The notes under the pieces: model-generated | What the model was told of the DNA's origin: nothing | The model's input: the letters and a program-made list of their open reading frames with translations, nothing else | Databases searched by the model: none | Program-made: the position numbers and the translations under genes | Shown: positions 55,101 to 63,178 of the stretch, one piece after another | Numbering within the stretch: position 1 is the first letter of the stretch | How the letters are laid out: each line of letters begins with the position of its first letter | Assembly: GCA_002083775.1 (NCBI GenBank) | Contig: MTEI01000006.1 | Span: forward strand, 62,321 to 126,320 | DNA length: 64,000 nt | From: Rhodoferax ferrireducens | GTDB lineage: Bacteria; Pseudomonadota; Gammaproteobacteria; Burkholderiales; Burkholderiaceae_C | Direction: 5' to 3'

Positions 55101-58100
55101 CTGATGCCTGCGTCCGCACCGTTTTGAGTGCCATTGTTGTTCTGGTCCAGAAACACCGTGCCCGACAGGCTGGACGGAATCACTTCGGCAAAGTTGTTGT
55201 TGGGTGAGCCACTGACCGAGCTGCCGCTGCCTGCACCCAGAACAATGCTGGCAATCTGGCTGCTGGTCGCCGTCGGGTTGGATGCAGCGCCAGCTGTACC
55301 CGTGCTGCCAGAAACGGACGTGATGCTGCCCGCCACGCTGGTTCCATTGGTGGTTCCGGTGGGCTGAGCAGGCTGGCACACTGAGTATGTGCCCGCAGCC
55401 AGGCCTGAAAAAAGATAGTTTCCCAGTGCGTCTGTGCTGAAAGGATTGGTCAATCCGACCTGGGAAACCAGAGCACCTGAACAGTCCGCACCATTGCGCA
55501 GTTCAATCGACACACCGCCAAGAGGTGTGTCAGTACCCGACTCATAAGTGCCATTGGGCGTGACGTTGTTGTCGGCAAACACCCGTCCAGAAACATAGCC
55601 CAGCGTGCTGATGGCCAGCGGTGCATTGGCTGGCTGCTGGTTGTTGCCCAGGTTGGTCACCAGCGCACCGGCGGGAATGTTGTTGGTGTAATCGCCTGGC
55701 GTTGCGCCGGTGAGATCGACTTCAATGTAACAACCTGCCGCAGGCACGGTAGAGCCGCTGGCCAGACTCACCGATCCACTGCCAGCTGGGGCGGTAATGC
55801 TTCCCACACCTGAACCACATGTCGTCGCAATGTTTGGCGTTGGCGCGACCACAATGTTTCCGGGTGCCGTCGGCAACGTGTCGGTGAACACCGAGCTCAA
55901 AATCAGCGCACTGGCGTTGGCGTTGCCAATCTCGATCCGCAGTCTGGCAACACCATTGGGCGGGATCACGGCAGGCGTGAATTGCTTGGCCACGGTGGGT
56001 GGTGTCGAAATGATCAGCTCTGCGCGGGTCGGGTCTTCGTTGGACACACCCTCAAACGTGGTCACACTTCCTGAAGGCAGGGTATTGACGTAGTTGCCGG
56101 AAATATTGCTCAACACATCCACCGTGACCAGGCAGGACCCGTTGGCAGGCACGGTGGCCCCGGTCAGACGCACCGTGGTGCTCGACGCGCTGGCTGTCAC
56201 CACGCTGGATGCACAGGTGGTATTGGCGTTGGGCGTGGTAGCGACCACGAGATTGGTGGGCAGGGTATCGGTGAAGCTGGCTGCTGTGAGTGCCTGCGCG
56301 TTCGGGTTGTCCAGGCGAATGGTCAGGGTGGCGGGTGCGCCGGGAGATTTGCTGTCACTGCCCGTGGTGAAACCTGCCGGATTACCTGCATCCAGGGTTT
56401 TGGCGCTGAACGCCTTGTGGATCACCAGTGGCGCTTTGGCACGCAAGGTGTCACTGGCGGGTTGCGAATTGGTGACTGGCGTACCACCGATGACGGCTGA
56501 TATGGCACTGACTGGAATGGTGTTGACGTAGTCACCTGCTGCGCTAACCAATACGTCAATTTCTGCAAAACACGATGCTGATACACCGCCCGAGGCAGCG
56601 GCAATGCTGGCACCTGTGATTTGCACCGAGCTTGTGGTGGGTGCCGAAACCGTGGCACCGGTGCAGGTGGTTGTCGGGTTGGCACCTGCTGGCACGGTCA
56701 CACCCGCAGGCAAGTTGTCTGTAACAGACAGATTTGTCACCGGCTGGGCGGTCGGGTTGTACACGGTGATGCGCAAACGCGAACGCTCACCCGGCTTCAC
56801 CACATTGGGCGTGAATTGCTTGGCGATTCCTACATTGCTTTGGGTGGTCAGGCTGGTGGTGGCCTGGCCACTGTTGCTCAGGCCCTGATTCGTGACAATG
56901 GCATTGGCAGGAATAAAGTTGGTGATGCCACCGACGGCGGTGGACGTGACATTCACTGTCAGCGTGCAACTGGCGTTGGCCGCCAAAGACGCGCCACTCA
57001 GAGACACAGAGGCTGCCCCCGGGACAGCGGTCACTACACCACTGGGGCAGGTGGTTGACGCAGTCGGGGTGGGTGCCACCACCATGCCGTTGGCTGCTGC
57101 GCCCGCTGTGCCGTCCGCCGTGAAATAGTCAGTCAAACTGAGATTGGAGACGGCCACGCTGCCATTGTTGACGGTGATGGTCAACTGGCTCACCTGCCCG
57201 GGAAATGTCAGCGTGCTCGGATTGGTGGCCTTGGCAACAGTCATGCTGTTCGGGGGCGAGTAGGTCAAAGTGCCTGTCACAGCGGTCTGGTTACTGACAC
57301 CACCGTTCGCCGTGATGTTGCCCGCGGGAAGGGTGTTGGTCCAGTTCGCCGAACCTGTGGCAATGACATCAAACACCAGGTCGCAGGTACTGGCACCAGC
57401 AATGGTGGCACCTGCCAGGCTGATGGTGCTGGCACCAGCCACTGCCGTGATAGACGTGCTGCCACTGCAGGTGGTGTAGGGATTGGCCGGACTGGCTAGC
57501 ACCATGCCGGTGGGCAGCGGATCGGTCAACGCCACACCCGTGAGCGCCAAGGCACCTGAATTGACCAGCCGGATGGTCACGGTGGACTTGCCACCTGATG
57601 CCACCGAAGCGGGGTTAAACCCCTTGCTGCATGGGGATGAAGCGCTACACAAAGAAGAGTTGAATGTGATGCCTACGTTGGCCGTCACTGGCCCCACATT
57701 GTTGGCAACCGTGCCATTTGCGTAAGTCTGCGACCCCGTCACCGAAGCCGTGTTGGTATAAACCCCGGCCGGGGCGATCACATCCACCTGCAAATTGCAG
57801 GTACCCGCCGCACCGGTGCCGCCACTGGCACGCGCTGGTATGGTGGCGCCATTCATCTGCACCGACGTACTGCCTGCCACGGCTGTGATCACCGGACTGC
57901 CACCGCAGGTGGTTGCCGCATTGGCCGGGCTGGCTACACGCATCTGACCACCACCCGCAGCGGCTAAAGGCAGGTTGTCACTGATGGCGACGCTGGTCAA
58001 TGCGTTTACCGACAGGTTGGACATGCTGATCGTCATGCGGGTGATGGCACCCTCATTCAGCGGACCGGCAGGGCTGAAGGATTTGGCAACAGAAATTACC

Positions 58101-59956
58101 GACGCCACAGTGCCTATTACCGTGTTTGACGCGCCGCCATTGCAAACATTGCCGCTTCCTGGGTTGTAGCAAACACTGCCAACACCCAACTGGTTTGTGT
58201 AAGCGTTGCCGGACACCGCCGAGGTGGCGGTCATGGCCCAAAAAGTCGCTGTGCAACTGCCGGGGCTTGTGGCGCTGCTGCGCTGCGGTACCGTTGACAC
58301 CGTCAAATTGGCAGCTCCATCACCCAATGCGCTGGAGGTAGATATGGTGGGGCTCCCTGAAGTACAAGTCACCGTTGGCGTGTAGTTGATACTGCCAATG
58401 GTCCCGGTCAAGAACGTCTGCCCGCTAGCCAACGTGTCAGCAATCGTGACATTGGCCATATCGGTGGCAGACCAGTTTTGTACCGTCACTTGGTATTTCA
58501 CCGGACTTCCGGGGGCGGCATTGGTGGGTACAGGAGCCGCCTTGCTGATACTGAACGTGTCGTAAATGGTCACCGTCGCGCTGGTGGCCTGACTAACGAT
58601 GGCCGGGTTACCCACATCGATCACACCTTGTGACAAGCTATTGGTGAAGGCTTGCGGTGTGTTCGCTGTTTGCAGTGTCCCGATGAAGCCGATGGTGACC
58701 GTACAGCTTCCATTTGCGGGGATTGTTCCGCCTGAAAGCGAAACGCCTTCACTACCCCCTGCCAGCGCTGCGCTTCCGCCACACGTCGTCGCCGCGCTTG
58801 TGGCAGTCAGACCAAATATGCCACCTGTTATGGCATCAATAGGACTGTCAGTGAAACTGGCTGGCAAGGCATTGGGTCCGTTGTTGGTCAGGGTAATAAC
58901 AAACGTGCCGGCTTCTCCAGCAGCCAGTGACAACGGTCCAGTCTTGGACACTGCCAGAGGAGAACGCACTGTGACGCTGCGTGTGGCATCGGCAGCCGCC
59001 GGTATGCCCACATCGTTGAAAAATTGGGTGGACGCATCGATGACGTTACTTTGGGTGAGGCTGTACTGGCCACCAGTGTTAGCTGCGTCAACGGCCACCG
59101 CGATCGTGCATGACCCGTTGGCGGCAATCGTCCCCCCGGTCACACTTAATGAGGTGGCTCCGGCTAACACTGCCGGTGAAAAGGTGGGGTTAACTGCGCC
59201 CGATCCCGAACAGGTCGCGGTCGCGGTAGGTGTCGCAGCCACCTTGATCGTCGATGGAAAGACATCGGTCAACCCAATGCCAGTCATTGCCACCGGATTG
59301 GGATTGGTGATGGTGATGGTCAACGCAGTAGCTGCCCCACCCAGGGTCAGCGTAGAACTTCCAAAGTTCTTGGCGATGGTGGGTTTGGCAAACGCGCTAA
59401 CGTTGATGCTCTGGCTGACGGCACCTGAGTTGGACACCGCGCCACCATCATTGCCTGTAACGGCAAAACTATTGATGGCATAAAGGTAGGTTGCCGTACC
59501 ACCAGAGTCCGTTCCTGCCGTAACCGGAATATCAATCACGCAACTACCGTCCGTGGAACCTGATCTGGCGGGGATGCTTCCGCCTGACAAGACAATCGAT
59601 TGCAAACCAACTGTGGTGTCAACCGATCCTGTCGTGGCTACTGAGCCGCTTGCATTCGCACAACTGTAGTTCGGTGTGCCCGCCACCTTCAAACCATTCG
59701 GCAAAGTGCCCGGCAGCGAGTTGAAAAATCCAACTGCGGTGATCGGATTGGTGGTGTTACTGTTGGAAAGTGTGATCCGCAGTGTTGTGACCTCACCAGG
59801 ATAAATATTCGTCAGCGCCGAGGGCGCCAAAGTCACCGACGCAGCCAGCCCCGCCCAAGCTGATTGGAAACCAGCCAGCGCAATAAGAAGCACCACCGCT
59901 TTAGTCGCGCCAGATTTCGTCCAGTCCGCCGTTCTCACCCGATTCCAGATACTCAT
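52172..59956 (-). CDS. Giant repetitive surface protein (~2,594 aa): DUF11/'conserved repeat domain' array plus SdrD-B/Cna-B-like domains
   Basis: Trimmed to ATG 59956 (MSIWNRV...AVVLLIALAGFQSAWA). There are more than 10 divergent ~120-130-aa repeats with ...TLTITL.N.G... cores (roughly 59800-55600). Four units of SGRVF.D.N.NG..D..E.G..GV.I.L....G......T...G.Y.F..L..G.Y.V lie at roughly 55600-53900, and a further DUF11 unit plus an SdrD-like unit lie near the C-terminus. Confidence 0.8.
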   Translation of the reverse strand: MSIWNRVRTADWTKSGATKAVVLLIALAGFQSAWAGLAASVTLAPSALTNIYPGEVTTLRITLSNSNTTNPITAVGFFNSLPGTLPNGLKVAGTPNYSCANASGSVATTGSVDTTVGLQSIVLSGGSIPARSGSTDGSCVIDIPVTAGTDSGGTATYLYAINSFAVTGNDGGAVSNSGAVSQSINVSAFAKPTIAKNFGSSTLTLGGAATALTITITNPNPVAMTGIGLTDVFPSTIKVAATPTATATCSGSGAVNPTFSPAVLAGATSLSVTGGTIAANGSCTIAVAVDAANTGGQYSLTQSNVIDASTQFFNDVGIPAAADATRSVTVRSPLAVSKTGPLSLAAGEAGTFVITLTNNGPNALPASFTDSPIDAITGGIFGLTATSAATTCGGSAALAGGSEGVSLSGGTIPANGSCTVTIGFIGTLQTANTPQAFTNSLSQGVIDVGNPAIVSQATSATVTIYDTFSISKAAPVPTNAAPGSPVKYQVTVQNWSATDMANVTIADTLASGQTFLTGTIGSINYTPTVTCTSGSPTISTSSALGDGAANLTVSTVPQRSSATSPGSCTATFWAMTATSAVSGNAYTNQLGVGSVCYNPGSGNVCNGGASNTVIGTVASVISVAKSFSPAGPLNEGAITRMTISMSNLSVNALTSVAISDNLPLAAAGGGQMRVASPANAATTCGGSPVITAVAGSTSVQMNGATIPARASGGTGAAGTCNLQVDVIAPAGVYTNTASVTGSQTYANGTVANNVGPVTANVGITFNSSLCSASSPCSKGFNPASVASGGKSTVTIRLVNSGALALTGVALTDPLPTGMVLASPANPYTTCSGSTSITAVAGASTISLAGATIAGASTCDLVFDVIATGSANWTNTLPAGNITANGGVSNQTAVTGTLTYSPPNSMTVAKATNPSTLTFPGQVSQLTITVNNGSVAVSNLSLTDYFTADGTAGAAANGMVVAPTPTASTTCPSGVVTAVPGAASVSLSGASLAANASCTLTVNVTSTAVGGITNFIPANAIVTNQGLSNSGQATTSLTTQSNVGIAKQFTPNVVKPGERSRLRITVYNPTAQPVTNLSVTDNLPAGVTVPAGANPTTTCTGATVSAPTTSSVQITGASIAAASGGVSASCFAEIDVLVSAAGDYVNTIPVSAISAVIGGTPVTNSQPASDTLRAKAPLVIHKAFSAKTLDAGNPAGFTTGSDSKSPGAPATLTIRLDNPNAQALTAASFTDTLPTNLVVATTPNANTTCASSVVTASASSTTVRLTGATVPANGSCLVTVDVLSNISGNYVNTLPSGSVTTFEGVSNEDPTRAELIISTPPTVAKQFTPAVIPPNGVARLRIEIGNANASALILSSVFTDTLPTAPGNIVVAPTPNIATTCGSGVGSITAPAGSGSVSLASGSTVPAAGCYIEVDLTGATPGDYTNNIPAGALVTNLGNNQQPANAPLAISTLGYVSGRVFADNNVTPNGTYESGTDTPLGGVSIELRNGADCSGALVSQVGLTNPFSTDALGNYLFSGLAAGTYSVCQPAQPTGTTNGTSVAGSITSVSGSTGTAGAASNPTATSSQIASIVLGAGSGSSVSGSPNNNFAEVIPSSLSGTVFLDQNNNGTQNGADAGISGVSIELLNSSGTVIATTTTDASGNYSFTGLAPGSYSVREPVQPAGTSSGITSAGTVANGGTPGTVTAVTTLPSTIGTTTKIVLPPNTASSANNFAEIPNGRTLSGRVFVDYDNSGTPNGSDYGLPNQTINLTGTDVNGNPVTRTTTTGSDGRYSFANLPESNGSGYTVTQPAQPSGTTNGTTTAGSAGGTATGTGTAPSVISVINLAGSNIVSADNNFAEVPGPAPDLAIVKTHSPSSFAAGSSTGYYTITPSNVGSVATSGVITVVDTLPAGITVAQTPSGIGWSCLGAIGAGAFTCTSSSVIGAASTGQPITARVAVAAGLEGQILTNSAVISGGGEPAGLTGNNTATVPVAVATTAAVTGRVWLDKDHDRAYVAGINDVGQAGWTVELLLSGVLVGSTTSAADGTYILSSLAPGSGYQIRFRHPVTGLIWGRAVPNESGTSFTSGTNSGTTAVGTGIRSGANPAGAVVTDGTLSNLTFTSGTTTIEQSLPIDPAGVVYDAITRQPVAGAVVTVSGPAGFNPVTDLVGGQASFTTGADGLYQFLLNPSAPAGDYQLAVTTYPGGYSTLPSALIPVCTNTLTVGAAPAPALVQTSDAAPTTASTLHAPSACPSNTSGFNATNQGSTQYYAVFNLSSGSANVLNNHIPLDPLSGNGFVISKTGDKRLVEVGDTVRYTVEVRLISSGLLPQVTVRDRLPAGFTLVRGTVQINGVPAADPSGGLGPVLGFNLGQLRGSTNATGTAPQVIKLQYRVRVGVGAMQGGGINTAQAHGCSVTAGCLNAALLPIANSVQSNAAQYKVQVTGGVFTTDACLLGKVFVDCNNNHIQDPEELGIPGVRLYFSDGHFVVTDVEGKYSRCGITPRSHVLTADPSTLPTGSRLTTSSNRNLGDADSLFLDLKNGELHRGDFVEGSCANQVLEQVKARRSQGEVRSVETERPAGPALRFRSKPPAYPQQGTDSASQPLVTPRTGASDAR

Positions 59957-60162
59957 AGTGCGCACTCTTTTCTTAATGCCAACGTCATCAAAACCGCCAC
60001 CAGACCAAAACCGGAGCATGGTAGTTGACAAAACACTGACCGGCTCTTTTGCATAGCAAAATCAAATGCGTTTTTGTAGACAAGTTGGCAATTCGGTCAC
60101 CGGCGGGCAGCATCGCTGCCCTGGCAAGCGGGTTATCGCTTACCCGTAGTCACCCCGTTTTC

Positions 60163-60178
60163 TGGCACGAAACTCGCT
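60163..60178 (+). promoter_or_regulatory. Sigma-54 (-24/-12) promoter candidate upstream of the ABC transporter operon
   Basis: TGGCACGaaacTCGCt has a perfect -24 TGGCACG, canonical spacing and -12 (T)CGC. It lies ~87 nt upstream of ATG 60265. Confidence 0.4.
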
Positions 60179-60264
60179 TCGCCCCCTAGAATAAGTTGAC
60201 CAACTGGTTAGCTTCTTGCTCCTCAAGCTGCTTTTTGGTGCAAATTCTCCCCTTTCCTGTGCCC

Positions 60265-61092
60265 ATGAACCACCCTGAAGATTCACCCATCCTGTCCAAG
60301 CTCACGCCGCCCGCTGGTGGCAGGCTGGCGGTCGAGATTCGCAACGCCAGTGTGGTCTACCAGACCGCCGACACGCCGGTCCACGCGCTGGCGAACATCG
60401 ATTTCAACATTCATGAAGGCGAATTCGTCTCGCTGATCGGCCCCTCGGGCTGCGGCAAAACCACACTGATGCGTGTCATTGCCGACCTGGAACCCATCAG
60501 CGCGGGCCAGGTGTTGGTGAACGGCGTGACCCCGCATGAGGCGCGGCTGGCCCGCGCTTACGGCTATGTGTTTCAGGCCCCGGCGCTGTTTCCGTGGCGC
60601 AATGTGTTGGCCAATGTGACCTTGCCGCTGCAAATTCAGGGCCGCACCAAGTCAGACGCCAAGGTGATCGCCCAGGAGCATCTGGAGCGCGTTGGCCTCA
60701 AGGGTTTTGAGAGCAAGTACCCATGGCAACTCTCCGGCGGCATGCAGCAGCGCGTGTCGATTGCCCGCGCCCTGTCGTTTGAGCCGAAGATTTTGATGAT
60801 GGACGAGCCGTTTGGCGCGCTGGACGAAATCACCCGCGACCGCCTGAACGAACAACTCCAGCAGCTCTGGCAGCGCGAGCGCCGCACGGTGGTGTTTGTG
60901 ACGCACTCGATTGCCGAGGCGGTGTATTTGTCCACCAAGATCGTGGTGATGTCGCCGCGCCCGGGGCGCATCGTGAAAATCATCGACTCGCCGCTGCCTG
61001 ATGACCGGCACCTTGGCCTGCGCGACACCCCGGAGTTCATCGCCGTGGCGCACGAGGTGCGCGAGGCGCTGGCCGAAGGTCACCATGACTAA
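60265..61092 (+). CDS. ABC transporter ATP-binding protein (NitT/TauT nitrate/sulfonate/bicarbonate family)
   Basis: Trimmed to ATG 60265. Walker A GPSGCGKTT, signature LSGGMQQRV, Walker B ILMMDEPFGALD. Confidence 0.85.
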   Translation: MNHPEDSPILSKLTPPAGGRLAVEIRNASVVYQTADTPVHALANIDFNIHEGEFVSLIGPSGCGKTTLMRVIADLEPISAGQVLVNGVTPHEARLARAYGYVFQAPALFPWRNVLANVTLPLQIQGRTKSDAKVIAQEHLERVGLKGFESKYPWQLSGGMQQRVSIARALSFEPKILMMDEPFGALDEITRDRLNEQLQQLWQRERRTVVFVTHSIAEAVYLSTKIVVMSPRPGRIVKIIDSPLPDDRHLGLRDTPEFIAVAHEVREALAEGHHD

Positions 61093-61981
61093 ACCGGTCA
61101 GTTTTTTACGCCAAATGCAGCACCAGGCCTTGCCAGTATTGGTTATTGCGCTCTTTATTTTGATCATCTGGTATTTGGGTGCCATCTGGATGAACGCAGC
61201 GGGCGCCATCGAGCGGGTGCTGCCGTCTGACGTGCCATGGACTTGGCAACAGCTGGTGGCGGCCACCATGGACATGCAGCGCCCGGTGCTGCCCACGCCG
61301 CATCAGGTGGCGCTGGATTTTTGGAGCAGTCTGGTCGATTGGCCCATCGATTCGCCGCGCAACCTGCTGTTTCATGTGGCGGTGACGGCTGAATCCACGC
61401 TGTGGGGCTTTGTGCTGGGCACCCTGCTGGGCCTGCTGCTGGCGGTGCTGATCGTGCATTCGCGCACGCTGGACCGCGCCTTGCTGCCATGGATCGTGGC
61501 CTCGCAAACGGTGCCGGTGCTGGCGATTGCACCGATTGTGCTGGTCATTTTGGGCAGTCTGGGCTTCTCGGGCGTGGCACCCAAGGCGGTGATTGCCATG
61601 TATTTGTGCTTTTTCCCGGTCACGGTAGCGATGGTACAGGGCCTGCGCTCGCCGCAGAAGATCGAGACCGAGATGCTGCACACCTACGCCGCCAGCCGCT
61701 GGCAGGCGCTGTGGCTGCTGCGCTTGCCCGCTTCGCTGCCGTTTTTGTTCCCCGCCCTGCGCGTGGGGATTGCCGCCGGGCTGGTGGGCGCGATGGTGGC
61801 CGAGCTGCCGACCGGCGCGGTCGCGGGCTTGGGCGCACGGCTGCTGACCGGCTCGTATTACGGCAACACGGTGCAGATCTGGTCAGCGCTGGTGATGTCG
61901 GCCCTGCTGGGCCTGGCGCTCACCCTGGCCGTGGCGGGGGTGGAGAAACTGGTGCTGAGCCGCCGTGGGGGCCAGGCATGA
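61085..61981 (+). CDS. ABC transporter permease (BPD_transp_1, NitT/TauT family), first of two
   Basis: Trimmed to ATG 61085, overlapping the ATPase stop. 6 TM segments. EAA-like loop ...EMLHTYAASRWQALWLLRLPASLPFLF. Confidence 0.8.
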   Translation: MTKPVSFLRQMQHQALPVLVIALFILIIWYLGAIWMNAAGAIERVLPSDVPWTWQQLVAATMDMQRPVLPTPHQVALDFWSSLVDWPIDSPRNLLFHVAVTAESTLWGFVLGTLLGLLLAVLIVHSRTLDRALLPWIVASQTVPVLAIAPIVLVILGSLGFSGVAPKAVIAMYLCFFPVTVAMVQGLRSPQKIETEMLHTYAASRWQALWLLRLPASLPFLFPALRVGIAAGLVGAMVAELPTGAVAGLGARLLTGSYYGNTVQIWSALVMSALLGLALTLAVAGVEKLVLSRRGGQA

Positions 61982-62937
61982 ACCCGCCATTAGCCAAAGC
62001 CCTGATCTTTCCGGTGTGCAGCTTGGTGGGTGCGAGCCTGCTGTTCATCCATCCGGCCGCGCAAGGCACGTTGCCTGAAGGCGGCTCGCCGGGCGCTTTT
62101 TTCTGGGTCGCCACGCTCTTCGTTGCGGCGCTAGCAGTGCAATCTGTGCGCCTGATGGCGGCACTGGACGGCAGCCGCTGGGTGGGCATGGCCACGGCGG
62201 CGCTGTTTGGCATCTGGATTATTTACTTCTGGCAACTGCTGGTGGTGGCCTTTGAGGTGCCGCGTGTGCTGCTGCCACCGCCGGGCCTCATCTTGCAATC
62301 CATCGGCGAGCACAGTGACATTTTGTGGGGCGACTTTGTGCAGACGGTACTCAAAGCCGTGCTGATTGGCTGGGCACTGGGCTCCGGCCTGGGCTTTGCC
62401 GTGGCGGTGGCCATTGACCGCCAGCCGTTTTTGCAGCGCGGGCTGCTGCCGCTGGCGTCGCTCACCAGCACCGTGCCGCTGGTGGCGGTAGCGCCAATAG
62501 CTGTCATGTGGTTTGGTTTTGAGTGGCCATCCAAAGCCGCCGTGGTGGTGCTGATGACGTTTTTCCCGATGCTGGTCTCCACGCTGGCCGGGCTCAAGGC
62601 TTCCGGCAAGCTGGAGCGCGAGCTGATGTACAGCTACGCCGCCAGCTACACCCGCACCCTGCTGGCGCTGCGCCTGCCATCTGCGCTGCCATTTATCTTT
62701 GGCGCGCTCAAGGTCAATGCCACGCTGGCGCTGATTGGGGCCATCGTGGCGGAATTTTTTGGCTCACCCACCGCTGGTCTGGGTTTCCGGATTTCAACCG
62801 AAGCCTCGCGCATGAACATGCCGCTGGTCTGGAGCGCGATTGTGGTGGCAGCGGTCACCGGCTCGCTGGCCTATGCGGTGCTGGTCCAGTTTGAGCGGCG
62901 TGCGGCGTTTTGGCACCCTTCTGTGCGTGGCAAATAA
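61978..62937 (+). CDS. ABC transporter permease (NitT/TauT family), second of two
   Basis: ATGA overlap with the upstream stop. ...ELMYSYAASYTRTLLALRLPSALPFIF is paralogous to the previous permease. Confidence 0.8.
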   Translation: MNPPLAKALIFPVCSLVGASLLFIHPAAQGTLPEGGSPGAFFWVATLFVAALAVQSVRLMAALDGSRWVGMATAALFGIWIIYFWQLLVVAFEVPRVLLPPPGLILQSIGEHSDILWGDFVQTVLKAVLIGWALGSGLGFAVAVAIDRQPFLQRGLLPLASLTSTVPLVAVAPIAVMWFGFEWPSKAAVVVLMTFFPMLVSTLAGLKASGKLERELMYSYAASYTRTLLALRLPSALPFIFGALKVNATLALIGAIVAEFFGSPTAGLGFRISTEASRMNMPLVWSAIVVAAVTGSLAYAVLVQFERRAAFWHPSVRGK

Positions 62938-62953
62938 AGTGAACGTCCTCGGC

Positions 62954-63050
62954 CGTCATCCCGGACTTAAGGAGCCTGCCACGGGCCACGACCCGGGAGG
63001 ATCCATGCATTTCGGGGTCATGGATTGCGGGTCACGGCCCGCAATGACAG
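62954..63050. repeat. GC-rich REP-like hairpin cluster (locus R8)
   Basis: cgtcatcccggac...acccgggaggatccatg + gtcatggattgcgggtcacggcccgcaatgacag. Confidence 0.7.
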
Positions 63051-63091
63051 TTGTAGCTGGCCGTAGTGGCAGCGCAATACGAGCTACAGCC

Positions 63092-63113
63092 GCCTGCCAT
63101 GGCAGGCTTTTTT
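63092..63113 (+). terminator. Rho-independent terminator-like hairpin + T-run between the permease and SBP genes
   Basis: gcctgcc-at-ggcaggc followed by tttttt. Confidence 0.5.
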
Positions 63114-63178
63114 CATGTGTCGGGGCGGTTTCGCCGCCATTTAGTTTGTTTTTTCACCAACCCAAAGGAGCTTCTCCC

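Noticed and set aside
60087-60102. Possible minus-strand sigma-54 promoter (cGGTGACCGAATTGCC) ~135 nt upstream of the giant surface-protein gene.
   Set aside because: The spacing and the -12 TTGC fit, but the -24 box retains only GG (GGTGAC versus GGCACG). It is too weak to call without a scoring matrix.
60040-60264. Looked for a TPP or other riboswitch upstream of the ABC transporter, whose binding protein is NMT1/THI5-like.
   Set aside because: The conserved TPP-riboswitch elements (CUGAGA and ACCUGAUCUGGAUAAUGCCAGCG-like) are absent. The leader is better explained by a sigma-54 promoter.
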